Below are positions 1 through 9,662 of a stretch of 32,000 nucleotides of DNA, piece by piece. Under the pieces are notes generated by a model, which ran no database searches, was not told the DNA's origin, and saw only the letters and a list, made by a program, of their open reading frames with translations. The stretch is from Endozoicomonas sp. GTDB lineage: Bacteria; Pseudomonadota; Gammaproteobacteria; Pseudomonadales; Endozoicomonadaceae. The stretch covers positions 169,032 through 201,031 of the forward strand of contig CBDAQW010000004.1 in the NCBI GenBank assembly GCA_965199185.1, read 5' to 3'. Each line of letters begins with the position of its first letter. Position 1 is the first letter of the stretch. The position numbers and the translations under genes are program-made.

Positions 1-1
1 C

Positions 2-112
2 CCCGGTTGCTATTATGAGTTTGCGCTGCGTTATCCTCTGCCTGACGGTGAGCTTTATCAGGGGTTTGTTGCGGCTTCGGCTGATAGGATTTTTGAGAGT
101 ACTCATCACTGA
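2..112 (+). CDS. 3' end of an unidentified CDS (truncated at window start)
   Basis: Open frame from base 2 to TGA 110-112: PGCYYEFALRYPLPDGELYQGFVAASADRIFESTHH*. No family recognised. Confidence 0.35.
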   Translation, partial: PGCYYEFALRYPLPDGELYQGFVAASADRIFESTHH

Positions 113-120
113 CCTGTATC

Positions 121-447
121 CCAGTCATTACTTTTATCTTTATACTTGCTGATCCATGATTTATGGGTTCTGTACAAAATAACAGTCAAAGACGTTTTGC
201 GCACTCTGCTTTCATCCCTTACAGGGATGAGGCTGTCGCAAAATTAATGTAGGTCGGGTTCCTGTGGAGCAGGAACCCGACAATCAGCATGAAATGCTGA
301 AAAATCAGCTTTTTTATGCGCTTTTTGAGCGCATTGTCGGCTCACCCAAACGGGTGAACCGACCGAAGAGCTTTTGCGACAGCCTTGGGATTGTACGAGA
401 TCCCCTGGCATGGATAGCCATGTTGAAATTAAAAATCACACATCGGA
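121..447 (-). repeat. MITE-like palindromic element, copy A (degenerate ends), reverse orientation, carrying an inner element
   Basis: Left arm TTTTATCTTTATACTTGCTGATCCATGATTTATGGGTTCTGTACA matches the reverse complement of the right arm of the 18826-19008 copy. The right arm GGCATGGATAGCCATGTTGAAATTAAAAATCACACATCGG matches its left arm. Confidence 0.75.
229..386 (-). repeat. Second palindromic element inserted in copy A
   Basis: 13-bp perfect inverted repeat GGCTGTCGCAAAA (231-243) / TTTTGCGACAGCC (372-384), flanked by direct GGGAT (224-228 and 387-391). Contains hairpins GGTTCCTG..CAGGAACC and CAGCAT..ATGCTG. Confidence 0.7.
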
Positions 448-646
448 CTTTATCTGGCTTGTGCCAACTCGTCGGATAAGCCTTATATAAATCTGTCTTT
501 CAACTCCCTAAAATACACACCCTTCTCCAGCTCATTGAACCATTAGCCGGTTCGCGAGCCAGATACTTTCATCGATACCCCTGATTAGGGATAATTGCAC
601 CCGTTTTACTCGATGAGCTAACAGGCAGCCAGGTTTCAGAAAACAG

Positions 647-1759
647 ATGAATCAGATAGATTGGCACGACATCAAAAGAGTTCTTGTTATCAAGTTCAGA
701 CACCATGGTGATGTACTTCTGACAACGCCTGTTTTCAATACAATCAAAAACCACCACCCTGAAATTGAGGTAGACGCCTTAGTCTATGATGAAACCGCCC
801 CTATGCTGGAGGGTTTGCCTGCATTAAGTCAGCTGCATACAGTAAAGCGCCAGTCGAAGAAAAAAGGTATAAGACATCAGATACAACAAGAGCTCAAACT
901 CATATCTGATCTGAAGGCTCGCCAGTATGATCTGATTATTCATCTAACGGAACACTGGCGAGGTTCTACGTTCTGTCGTTTGTTGAAACCTAAATACAGT
1001 GTTGTGGCTAAATATTCTCGCCGACAGGGTAAGTGGTGGAAAAACTCTTTCACTCACCACTATCCTACACCGCCAACACCATATCATACTGTTGAAAAGC
1101 ATCTTGATTCATTGCGTCACTTAAACCTGCATCCAGAAACCTATAGTGACCTTAGAACAACATTTACAATTGATAAGCAAACCTCAGAATACACGGCTTC
1201 TGTTTTAAAAGAGCACGGTCTTGTACCTAATGGCTATATACTCTTTCATCCAACATCACGATGGCTATTCAAATGTTGGAAAGAATCTCATGCCGCAGAA
1301 GTAATTGATCATTTACAAAACGCCGGTTGGAGAGTTGTGCTTACCAGTGGTCCTGATAAAAATGAACTCAATATGATCGGTAGAATTCTGAAACGTTGTG
1401 AAACACAACCAATCAATCTTTCAGGAAAAACAAATTTAAAGCAACTGGGCAGTTTGATTAATACTTGTCGACTTTTTTTGGGCATGGATTCTGTGCCAAT
1501 GCATATGGCCGCTGCACTCGAAAAGCCTGTTGTAGCTCTCTTTGGACCATCCAGTGAGCTGTATTGGGCTCCGTGGAAAACTCATTCAGAGATCTTAGTA
1601 GACGACAGCCCCTGTCGCCCCTGTGGACTTGATGGCTGTGGTGGTAGTAAACGAAGTAATTGCCTCTATAACATTTCTGCTCAACAGGTCATAGGCAGTA
1701 TTTATAAATTACTATCAAGAACAGACCAGAAACAGTGCATAAATCATGAGGCAGTGTGA
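647..1759 (+). CDS. waaQ: Glycosyltransferase family 9, LPS heptosyltransferase (WaaQ-like)
   Basis: 370 aa. N-terminal VLVIKFRHHGDVLLTTPVFNTIKNHHPEIEVDALVY and C-terminal LFLGMDSVPMHMAAALEKPVVALFGPSS are typical of the ADP-heptose:LPS heptosyltransferase family. Confidence 0.88.
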   Translation: MNQIDWHDIKRVLVIKFRHHGDVLLTTPVFNTIKNHHPEIEVDALVYDETAPMLEGLPALSQLHTVKRQSKKKGIRHQIQQELKLISDLKARQYDLIIHLTEHWRGSTFCRLLKPKYSVVAKYSRRQGKWWKNSFTHHYPTPPTPYHTVEKHLDSLRHLNLHPETYSDLRTTFTIDKQTSEYTASVLKEHGLVPNGYILFHPTSRWLFKCWKESHAAEVIDHLQNAGWRVVLTSGPDKNELNMIGRILKRCETQPINLSGKTNLKQLGSLINTCRLFLGMDSVPMHMAAALEKPVVALFGPSSELYWAPWKTHSEILVDDSPCRPCGLDGCGGSKRSNCLYNISAQQVIGSIYKLLSRTDQKQCINHEAV

Positions 1760-2533
1760 ATGACATATCAGCCAAGATCTACTCTCTCTGTCGTACTTAT
1801 TGCAAAAAACAGTGAAGAAACACTTCGCGATTGCCTGAACTCAGTGCAATGGGCAGATGAAATCATTTTACTTGACTCGGGCAGTACAGATGCAACCGTT
1901 GAGATTGCACAAAACCTGAGAGCAAAGGTTTTTGTTCAACCTGGCTGGCAAGGCTATGGTCATCAGCGCCAGCTAGCTCAAGAATATGCGACAGGTGACT
2001 TCATCTTCATGCTGGACACCGATGAACAAGTAACCAGCGAATTGAAAGAAAGCATAAAATACATTCTGTCACAACCTCAAAAACCTAATACCGTATTTCG
2101 CTGTTCTCGTCGTAACTGGTTCCTTGGTCGTTATATGTTTCAGTGTGGCTGGTATCCAGATAAAGTTATTCGCTTATACCTTAATAAAGAAAGGACTTAT
2201 AACAACAACTTGGTTCATGAATCGGTAGATATTGGTGAAGCAGAGGTGGTTGACCTTACAGGCGATTTATTGCACGAGACCTGTAACGATTATATTCGCT
2301 TTCAGGAAAAACAACTGAGATATGCAAAAAGCTGGGCAGAAGACCATTACCAGAAAGGAAAAAAAGTATCGTTAACCAGTGCATTTAGTCACAGTGTAGC
2401 TGCATTTATCAAAGCTTATCTAATTCGAAAAGGCTTTCTGGAAGGAGCACACGGTCTTTTACTATCGCTGGTCATTACACAGTATACTTTCAATAAATAT
2501 GCTTCTTTATGGTCTCTTAACAAACACTCCTAA
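1760..2533 (+). CDS. Glycosyltransferase family 2, LPS core type (WaaE/KdtX-like)
   Basis: LSVVLIAKNSEETLRDCLNSVQWADEIILLDSGSTDATVEIA...FIFMLDTDEQVT is the GT2 nucleotide-sugar motif; directly abuts the waaQ stop. Confidence 0.85.
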   Translation: MTYQPRSTLSVVLIAKNSEETLRDCLNSVQWADEIILLDSGSTDATVEIAQNLRAKVFVQPGWQGYGHQRQLAQEYATGDFIFMLDTDEQVTSELKESIKYILSQPQKPNTVFRCSRRNWFLGRYMFQCGWYPDKVIRLYLNKERTYNNNLVHESVDIGEAEVVDLTGDLLHETCNDYIRFQEKQLRYAKSWAEDHYQKGKKVSLTSAFSHSVAAFIKAYLIRKGFLEGAHGLLLSLVITQYTFNKYASLWSLNKHS

Positions 2534-2601
2534 TCTAGCCATTACAAAAACCAACTCAAAATTTGTGCAACCTGGCTGTTCGCACACCTGGAATAATCAA
2601 G

Positions 2602-3726
2602 ATGCTCAAACTGGCAATTGTACGTCAAAAATATCGCCCCGATGGAGGGGCAGAACGTTTCGTAGCTTCAGCCTTGACAGCACTCACACAGCAAACCCAA
2701 CTACAGGTATCAGTTCTTACCAGACAATGGCAGGGTAACAACAATTCAGATTTTGAAATAATTCCTTGTAATCCTTTTAAATGGGGCAGAGTTAGCAGGG
2801 AAGCAGGGTTTGCACATTCAGCAAAGAAACATTTTAGTAAATTTGATATTGTCCAAAGTCATGAACGAATTCCGGGATGCAGTATCTTCCGGGCTGGAGA
2901 TGGAGTTCATAAAGTCTGGCTTGAACAACGCTCTCGTATTCTCTCAGATAAACAAGCTTGTCGCTTAAAGAGAGACCGTTTTCATCGCTATGTGCTACAA
3001 GCTGAAAAAGACATGTTTGAGCACCCTGAACTGCGAGCGGTTATCTGCAATTCAGAAATGGTCAAGGCTGAAATTGCTAACCACTTCGAAATCAACCCTG
3101 AGATCATTCATGTCATTTATAACAGCGTTGATCATCAAACATATAATTCCGATTTAAAGCATCGATTCCGCCACCTTATACGACAGAAGCTTTCTATACA
3201 TGTAGACTCTACTGTCTTATTATTTGTCGGTTCAGGCTTTGAACGTAAAGGGCTAGACGCCTCTATAAAAGCACTTGCGAAAACCCAAAGCCATCTGATT
3301 GTGGTCGGCAAAGATAAGGAACTTTCAAAATATCAGCAACTATGCATCCAGTTGGGTTGTGAGCAAAGGGTTCACTTTGTTGGTATGCAAAAAGAGCCAG
3401 AAAAGTTCTATGGCGCTGCTGATGGATTTATTCTTCCAACCCTGTATGATCCGTTCCCCAATGTTATTCTTGAAGCTATGGCTTCTGGACTCGGAACGAT
3501 TACCAGCCATTCCTGCGGTGGCGCTGAAATAATTCAGAATGATCAGAATGGCTACATTTGTGATGCGTTGGATATTACCGCTCTAACCAATGCCATAGAA
3601 AGATTTGAACAACCCGGCGTTGCGCAACGAGTTGGCGTTGAAGCCCAAAAAACGGTGGCTGATTTCACACCTGAGCGACTGAGCCACGAGCTTGTCACCT
3701 TATATAATGAAGTTTTGAAGATTTAA
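2602..3726 (+). CDS. Glycosyltransferase family 4, LPS core glucosyltransferase (WaaG-like)
   Basis: MLKLAIVRQKYRPDGGAERFVASALTAL; ...FVGSGFERKGLDASIKALA...GFILPTLYDPFPNVILEAMASGLGTITS. Internal ATG at 2602 preferred over the ORF-track start 2563. Confidence 0.85.
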   Translation: MLKLAIVRQKYRPDGGAERFVASALTALTQQTQLQVSVLTRQWQGNNNSDFEIIPCNPFKWGRVSREAGFAHSAKKHFSKFDIVQSHERIPGCSIFRAGDGVHKVWLEQRSRILSDKQACRLKRDRFHRYVLQAEKDMFEHPELRAVICNSEMVKAEIANHFEINPEIIHVIYNSVDHQTYNSDLKHRFRHLIRQKLSIHVDSTVLLFVGSGFERKGLDASIKALAKTQSHLIVVGKDKELSKYQQLCIQLGCEQRVHFVGMQKEPEKFYGAADGFILPTLYDPFPNVILEAMASGLGTITSHSCGGAEIIQNDQNGYICDALDITALTNAIERFEQPGVAQRVGVEAQKTVADFTPERLSHELVTLYNEVLKI

Positions 3727-3729
3727 TAC

Positions 3730-4812
3730 ATGAAAATTCTGCACACAGAATCCTCTTGTGGTTGGGGTGGTCAGGAAATCAGAACTCTGACCGAATCAGA
3801 AGGAATGATTGCCAAAGGTCATCAGATCACTATTGCCTGCCCTTCACATTCTAAAATCTATCAGGCAGCCCTGGATCGGGGAATCAATGTTGTAGATCTA
3901 CCTATTCAGAAAAAAAAGCTCTCTTCACTATTAGCAATGAAAAAATTTCTTGCTGCAAATGATTATGATGTCATCAACACCCATAGCTCGACGGATAGTT
4001 GGCTGGTGTCGCTTTGTATAGCCTGGAAAAAGAACCGTCCACGCATTGTTCGCACCAGACACTTGTCTACTAAGGTTCATAATAATACTGCTACCATGTG
4101 GCTCTACAAAAAAGGAAATGATTTTATTGTTACCACAGGGGAAAAGCTTCGTCAGGCGCTCTATGATGTTAATGGCGTTCCTCTGAATAAAATGAAGTCA
4201 GTCCCAACAGGCATTGATGAGAACAAATTTATTCCTGCAAGTGATAAGCTGCTGACCAAGCAGAGCTTAGGAATACCAGCAGATAAAACGGTAATAGGTA
4301 TTCTCGCGACCATTCGCTCTTGGAAAGGGCACCAATATTTGCTTGAAGCATTTGCCAGACTTGGCAGGAATGATATTCATCTACTGATTGTTGGCGATGG
4401 TCCTGGCTACCGGCAAGTAAAAGACCAGGCAACAGCTTTAGGGATTAGTGAACAGATATCGATGCCAGGCAATCAGGAAAATGTTGTTCCCTGGTTGCAG
4501 GCAATGGATATTTTCTGCCTCCCTTCATACGGTAATGAAGGAGTACCACAGGGCATAATGCAAGCTATGTTTTGTGGATTGCCAATTATCTCAACAGATG
4601 TTGGCAGCATCCTCGAAGTGTTGCACCCTAATCAGAATGGCATACAAATTCGCACTAAAAATTCTAATGATATAGAGCATGCACTTCTCGAGTTACTAGA
4701 CAAGCCTGAGCTCAGAAAAACTTATGGCAACTTCAGCCTGAATCATGCTCGTAAACATTGCACTATGACGAAAATGATTTCTGATATGGAAGCTGTTTTT
4801 ACTGGCAGTTGA
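3730..4812 (+). CDS. Glycosyltransferase family 4
   Basis: WGWGGQEIRTLTESEGMIAKGHQ; VIGILATIRSWKGHQYLLEAF; DIFCLPSYGNEGVPQGIMQAMFCGLPIISTDVGSI GT-B signatures. Confidence 0.88.
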   Translation: MKILHTESSCGWGGQEIRTLTESEGMIAKGHQITIACPSHSKIYQAALDRGINVVDLPIQKKKLSSLLAMKKFLAANDYDVINTHSSTDSWLVSLCIAWKKNRPRIVRTRHLSTKVHNNTATMWLYKKGNDFIVTTGEKLRQALYDVNGVPLNKMKSVPTGIDENKFIPASDKLLTKQSLGIPADKTVIGILATIRSWKGHQYLLEAFARLGRNDIHLLIVGDGPGYRQVKDQATALGISEQISMPGNQENVVPWLQAMDIFCLPSYGNEGVPQGIMQAMFCGLPIISTDVGSILEVLHPNQNGIQIRTKNSNDIEHALLELLDKPELRKTYGNFSLNHARKHCTMTKMISDMEAVFTGS

Positions 4813-4823
4813 ACCTTTAATAC

Positions 4824-4841
4824 AGGAGGTTGAAACCTCCT
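4824..4841. terminator. Hairpin after the GT4 gene
   Basis: AGGAGGTT-GA-AACCTCCT perfect 8-bp stem, followed by an A/T-rich stretch. Confidence 0.5.
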
Positions 4842-4903
4842 ATCTTATTATTGATATTAATTTTTCTTCTTAAACTCAATCTTCATAGGCTTTCATCTCG
4901 ACA

Positions 4904-5905
4904 ATGAAAAAACCATCCAATTTTCATTTTATTTTAAATGACACTACTCGCTGGCAAGATATTCTATCTGGAGCAAAACCCAAACCAGCAGAGATTAAGA
5001 ATCGCATCATTACAGGGGAAGATATATGGGTTCTTCTTACTTATCTTCATCTATATCATGCAGGTTATGATGTTACCGTCGGAAGTGAAGGTAGAGAAGA
5101 TAAAATAAACGTCATTGATGGTGTGAAGTCTCGTCCTCGGAATACTTTTTCCAATTTCTTCTATATTGCTTGCAGAACAGATGCTCACTATCCATTTTTC
5201 GGGCATTTTGTGCTTCATCAAAACCTAATTCGAAGCGAGCATAAAAACGAAATTTACATACCGCAATGGCCACAACCAGGGCTAATAAAAAGAGACCCTA
5301 AACGCGGCAATGACATACAAACAGTTGCATTTTTTGGTCAGCCTGTACGAAATCTTTCAGAAGAATTTCAATCCGCAGATTTTAAATCTAAATTAAAAGC
5401 CAAAGGTATTGAGTTTATTATCAAAGGAAAAAATAACAATAATGTTGAATGGCATGACTATTCAAATGTAGATCTTGTTATTGCGGTTCGTGACGTGCCA
5501 GTAGAATTATTGAAAATAAAGCCTGTCAATAAAGTAACCAATGCCTGGTTGGCAGACAGCCTATGCATCACAGGTGATGAGCCCGCAGTAGAAGCTGCTT
5601 TTGCTAATAAAGATGCAGTACTCCACGCTACAACAACGGATGGTGTAATTAGCATCATTGATCTTTTAAAAAACAATCCAGATATTTTTTCTCTTTTACG
5701 TGAAGAAGGAAGAAATCTTGCCCAGGATTACTCCGAAGATTCAATCTTAAAAAAATGGATAGACATTGAAACGAATATCAATACTACTTTTCAAGCATGG
5801 AAAAAGAGTAGCAAGCTAAAAAAAGATATTAATTATATCCACAGAAGGATTCTAAACCGCATTAGCAAAACAAAGCATAAATGGACTATTTCAAGACGCA
5901 TATAA
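4904..5905 (+). CDS. Probable glycosyltransferase of the LPS cluster, family not assigned
   Basis: 333-aa ORF in the same strand and cluster. C-terminal region VTNAWLADSLCITGDEPAVEAAFANKDAVLHATTTDGVISIIDLL resembles a GT-B-like C-terminal half, but no firm signature is visible. Confidence 0.5.
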   Translation: MKKPSNFHFILNDTTRWQDILSGAKPKPAEIKNRIITGEDIWVLLTYLHLYHAGYDVTVGSEGREDKINVIDGVKSRPRNTFSNFFYIACRTDAHYPFFGHFVLHQNLIRSEHKNEIYIPQWPQPGLIKRDPKRGNDIQTVAFFGQPVRNLSEEFQSADFKSKLKAKGIEFIIKGKNNNNVEWHDYSNVDLVIAVRDVPVELLKIKPVNKVTNAWLADSLCITGDEPAVEAAFANKDAVLHATTTDGVISIIDLLKNNPDIFSLLREEGRNLAQDYSEDSILKKWIDIETNINTTFQAWKKSSKLKKDINYIHRRILNRISKTKHKWTISRRI

Positions 5906-5973
5906 TCTTCACCCCTTATATCAATATTAGACATTCCTCATAAATTAACGCACAGAAAAATCAGGTTAAAAAG

Positions 5974-6531
5974 TTGAGCCTATTTAAAAAGATCACCCTT
6001 TTGATTCGTTATAGAAAAAAACACTTCAAAAAGTTAGGCACAAATGTCAGCTATCAGGAGATGAATTCAAAATTTCTTTTTACTGAAAACATTTCCATTG
6101 GAGAACATTGCAAAATTTTAGATGGTGCTCACATTGATGGAAGTGGGGGTATAAGTATCGGTAAAGGTACGATAATAGCGCCTTTATGTACCATATTAAC
6201 AAGCAACCATTTTTATGATGAAGATCACCTGGAATATCTTCCCTATGATCACAGAATGATCAAAAAACCAGTATCCATTGGCGATTACTGCTGGATTGGT
6301 CGTAATGTTATGATTATGCCCGGTGTTAAAATTGGAGACGGCTGTGTAATTGCTGCCGGCAGCATAGTTGTTAAAGATATTCCATCTTACTCGGTCGCAG
6401 GAGGCAACCCTGCACGGATAATAAAAAACAGAAAGGGAGAGAAGATAGAGAAACTAATAAAAGAAGGCAGGAGCTACAACGATCCATCAGTAAATACTGA
6501 TATGCGGAAAAGATACATTACCAGCCTGTAA
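5974..6531 (+). CDS. Hexapeptide-repeat (LbH) O-acetyltransferase
   Basis: ISIGEHCKILDGAHIDGSGGISIGKGTIIAPLCTILTSNHFY...YCWIGRNVMIMPGVKIGDGCVIAAGSIVVKDIPSYSVAGGNPARIIKNR, left-handed beta-helix repeats and the acetyltransferase C-terminal motif. Confidence 0.88.
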   Translation: MSLFKKITLLIRYRKKHFKKLGTNVSYQEMNSKFLFTENISIGEHCKILDGAHIDGSGGISIGKGTIIAPLCTILTSNHFYDEDHLEYLPYDHRMIKKPVSIGDYCWIGRNVMIMPGVKIGDGCVIAAGSIVVKDIPSYSVAGGNPARIIKNRKGEKIEKLIKEGRSYNDPSVNTDMRKRYITSL

Positions 6532-6542
6532 ATAAATAAAAA

Positions 6543-6568
6543 GCCGTTTGTTTTTGATAACAAACGGC
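6543..6568 (-). terminator. Rho-independent terminator for the minus-strand O-antigen-ligase-like gene
   Basis: GCCGTTTGTT ... AACAAACGGC 10-bp perfect stem. Read on the minus strand it is followed by a TTTTTATTTATTT tract. Confidence 0.75.
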
Positions 6569-6589
6569 ATTAAAAAATAGAGATAAAAA

Positions 6590-8008
6590 TCAAATTTCTT
6601 TTTCAAGCATTTTATCTTCCCTCTTAACCTCATGAACAGAGTAAGTTGATTCACTTATAACCTTGCGTGAGTCATCATGCAATCTTTGTAACCATCCCAT
6701 TGATAGACCAATAAGACAAAATGCTAATTGTCCATGTTCTACATATAAAGTTGAATTACCCACACCACCAACAATTACATATATGCCAGACATTAATCCC
6801 ATAATAGGTTCAAGGGCAAAATGTCTGTTAGAAAAGAAAAGCATTAGCCACTGCAAGTGTTTTAGTGCCGTAAGTATTAAAAAAGAAAGTATGAATACTA
6901 ATCCGATGTACCCTCGATTCATTAAAATGCTGGCTACGAAGTTATGACCGTGATTGGTATGAAAAAATTGGCTGTCGTTATATTCAATGTTTCGGTTACT
7001 GGCTATTTTCTCCAGATACTCTCGGCTTGTCGCTTCTGAGAAATGCCTGTCTCCGGCGCCAAACCAAGGGAAGTCTTCCAGTGAGAAAGTAACCGAATTA
7101 AAGATAACACCTCTGGCACTCGTATAATCCTTACCGTTGCCTCCACCTTGGGCACGATACTGAATCTCTGAGCGAAATTCTTGAGCTGATGGTAAATTCT
7201 TACTGACATAATTTATACTACTTGCCATCAGTAATATAGCTACTGCGCTGTATGCTATAAATTTAAAGTTTGCTTTAAAAGTCAGCATCAAAGCCATCAC
7301 CGCCATAACAAACATGACTGCAAGTGATGTCAAAGAGCGGGTGGGTATCATGGCTATTGCAAAAAATACAACACAGCCTGTAAATATCCAGCGAGTCCAG
7401 CCTGTACGTAATATAGCCAATGCAATGGACACACCAAAAGCAAGGTTAATATACAGGGCTGATTGATTGACATGACCAACCGATTTCAGCTCTGGATACA
7501 TTGCTCCATTACTCATCCATACTGCCCATGAGTCAAGCACTGCAATACCTGAACCCATTATTATTGAGACAGCCAGCATGTTACTTTCATGACTTTTGAC
7601 CACTGTCCTTGATAGCATAAGTGCTGGAATGATTAGTTTGGTGAATGTCAAGACACCACTTATTGATTTTTGCCAACCAAACGGGTTGGTAAAACTGGAA
7701 ATAATACCAGCAAATATGAACAGAAGAAGTGTTGCCTCCCACACTTTAAGTCGACCACCAAAGTCCTTCTGTTTGTATGACTGAACAGACCAAATTACTA
7801 TATAAGCCACTAAAAAAAGATTTTTAGGTCCTTCTAATAAAGGTAAAACAAAAAGAAATGCCATGAGCAAGTAAAGCTCAAGCTTTGTCATGGTGCGCAT
7901 GAAATAACATCCTGTAAAAAGTTCGGTCAATTCTAGCATTTCATCTGATGCCAAAAAACTTCGGAAAGTGTCATGGATTAATGACCTGATCCTGAAAAAA
8001 AGAATCAT
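6590..8008 (-). CDS. O-antigen ligase/polymerase family membrane protein (WaaL/Wzy-like)
   Basis: 472 aa with many hydrophobic segments; conserved-type loop HNHGHNFVASILMNRGYIGLVFILSFL and WFGAGDRHF, typical of Wzy_C/O-antigen ligase proteins; located in the LPS core cluster. Confidence 0.82.
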   Translation of the reverse strand: MILFFRIRSLIHDTFRSFLASDEMLELTELFTGCYFMRTMTKLELYLLMAFLFVLPLLEGPKNLFLVAYIVIWSVQSYKQKDFGGRLKVWEATLLLFIFAGIISSFTNPFGWQKSISGVLTFTKLIIPALMLSRTVVKSHESNMLAVSIIMGSGIAVLDSWAVWMSNGAMYPELKSVGHVNQSALYINLAFGVSIALAILRTGWTRWIFTGCVVFFAIAMIPTRSLTSLAVMFVMAVMALMLTFKANFKFIAYSAVAILLMASSINYVSKNLPSAQEFRSEIQYRAQGGGNGKDYTSARGVIFNSVTFSLEDFPWFGAGDRHFSEATSREYLEKIASNRNIEYNDSQFFHTNHGHNFVASILMNRGYIGLVFILSFLILTALKHLQWLMLFFSNRHFALEPIMGLMSGIYVIVGGVGNSTLYVEHGQLAFCLIGLSMGWLQRLHDDSRKVISESTYSVHEVKREDKMLEKEI

Positions 8009-8064
8009 AGTCTTATAATTGGCGTCCTTTGTAGGACTTACGCATTGACAGCACGTTCTAAAGT

Positions 8065-8529
8065 TTGGTAATTGCCATAAATGGCCGCCTTTCAGAGACG
8101 AAAGTGAGAAGTACTACTCGCCCAACAACTGCACGATGCTCACTTCCACAATACATGGGATTTCTGATCAGTGAGCCAAAGTCACCAACATGCACAAGGC
8201 TGGCAGAAGTGGCAGACATTTCTCACGATAGCGTTAATCGCTTTCTTAATCGCGAAGATTATCAACCAAAAGATATGTTTGATGAGGCTGCTCAGGATTT
8301 GAGTCTTGTTGGCGGCACCTTGAGCGTTGACGACAGTGTTCTCGATAAACCTTATAGCCACTCTGTGGCATTGGTTAGTCACTTCTAGTCTGGCAAACAT
8401 CATCGTGTCGTAAAGGGCATCAATCTTATCACCCTTTATTACACCGCTACTGCTGGGCGTCATATGCCTGTAAATTTCAGGATATGTGACAAGCCTGAAG
8501 GCAAAACCAAACTTCATTCAGATACATGA
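8065..8529 (+). pseudogene. N-terminal part of the IS701-like transposase, with a nonsense codon and truncated
   Basis: Reads ...SHDSVNRFLNREDYQPKDMFDEAAQDLSLVGGTLSVDDSVLDKPYSHSVALVSHF-[TAG 8386-8388]-SGKHHRVVKGINLITLYYTATAGRHMPVNFRICDKPEGKTKLHSDT*. The frame is unchanged across the TAG. Confidence 0.75.
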
Positions 8530-8611
8530 TCAGCACTGGCAGATATTGATATGAGCCAATACTACATGACATCTTAACATGTATCATTTTACCTCCGATG
8601 TAGAGGTATCC

Positions 8612-9659
8612 ATGAGCAGAGTTGACGGTCGCAAAGTATCCCACGAAGTACGAGAAAGTATCCGGTTCGAGGCTATTCAAAAATGGTTAGACGGTGCTTC
8701 TGTCCAAGCACTTTCTGTCGAATACAGCACAGATAGATCCTGTATCTACCGCTGGATTGATCGTTACAAAAAAGGTGGCATGGAGGCGTTAAAAACACGC
8801 CCCATCGCACACAGTAAAAACGCCAAACTCTCGCCTGAGCAACGAGAGACACTCTCAAAGATCATTCTCACCAAAGACCCAACGTTTTACGGTTTTTATA
8901 AAGCACTGTGGTCTCGGGACATCATCGCAGCGGTGATCAAAACAGAGTTCAACATCACCATGCATCCTGCCGCTGTCAGTAAGATGCTCAGAAAAATGGG
9001 TCTAACGCCTCAGCGGCCAGTGCGAAAAGCCTGGCAGCAGAGCGAAAAAAAAAGTACAGGATTATTTGGATACACGTTATCCAGCTCTTCGTAAACAGGC
9101 GGAAGAGGAAGGGGCTATTATCTATTTCATTGATGAAGCGAGCATACGTTCTGACTATCACTCCGGTACAACTTGGAGCAAAAAAGGTTATACGCCAACT
9201 GTCACCAAAACTGGCGCGCGCTTTGGCATCAACATGATCGCCGCTGTCAGTGGTGAAGGACACATGCGCTACATGACAATTACCGGCCGCTTTAATGCGG
9301 ATGTCTTCATAAAGTTTCTGAAGCAAATAGTCGCATCACATGATCGTCCTGTAATGATCGTAACCGATGGTCATTCTGCACACAGCGCCAAGAAAGTCAT
9401 GAAATATCTCAAGAAAGAAGAACGGCTTCTTGACATACAGCTACTGCCACCCTACTCACCGGAACTGAACCCTGTTGAACTTGTCTGGAGTGTTCTGAAA
9501 TCAGGGCATATTGGCCGTATGGCATTGAAAACCAAAAAGGCATTTCTCCGCGCGGTGAGTTCTGGACTTAAATCGTTGCAGAGGAAGAAAAAGAAAATTC
9601 TGGGATTCTTTCGGGCGGAACATACGGCTTATGCTTGTCTTGAAAAGACTGTCGCATAG
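8612..9659 (+). mobile_element. IS630-family transposase in two overlapping frames (8612-9094 HTH part; about 9054-9659 DDE part)
   Basis: HTH half SVQALSVEYSTDRSCIYRWIDRYKKGGMEALKTRP. DDE half GAIIYFIDEASIRSDYHSGTTWSKKGYTP...MIVTDGHSAHSAKK...LLDIQLLPPYSPELNPVELVWSVLK. The frames change at an A9 run (9045-9053). Confidence 0.88.
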
Positions 9660-9662
9660 CGT

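Noticed and set aside
264-479. 71-aa ORF and similar ORFs at 12970-13494 (e.g. 13033..13260, 13231..13488, 13282..13494)
   Set aside because: They lie almost wholly inside the palindromic repeat elements or cross their ends; peptides such as [10 protein letters not shown] and HATWIPY are translations of the repeat arms.
8341-8420. Frameshift between 8065..8388 and the following SGKHHRVVKG segment
   Set aside because: Position arithmetic shows both are in the same frame (8065 and 8392 both leave remainder 1 mod 3); it is a nonsense TAG (probably ancestral TGG), not a frameshift.
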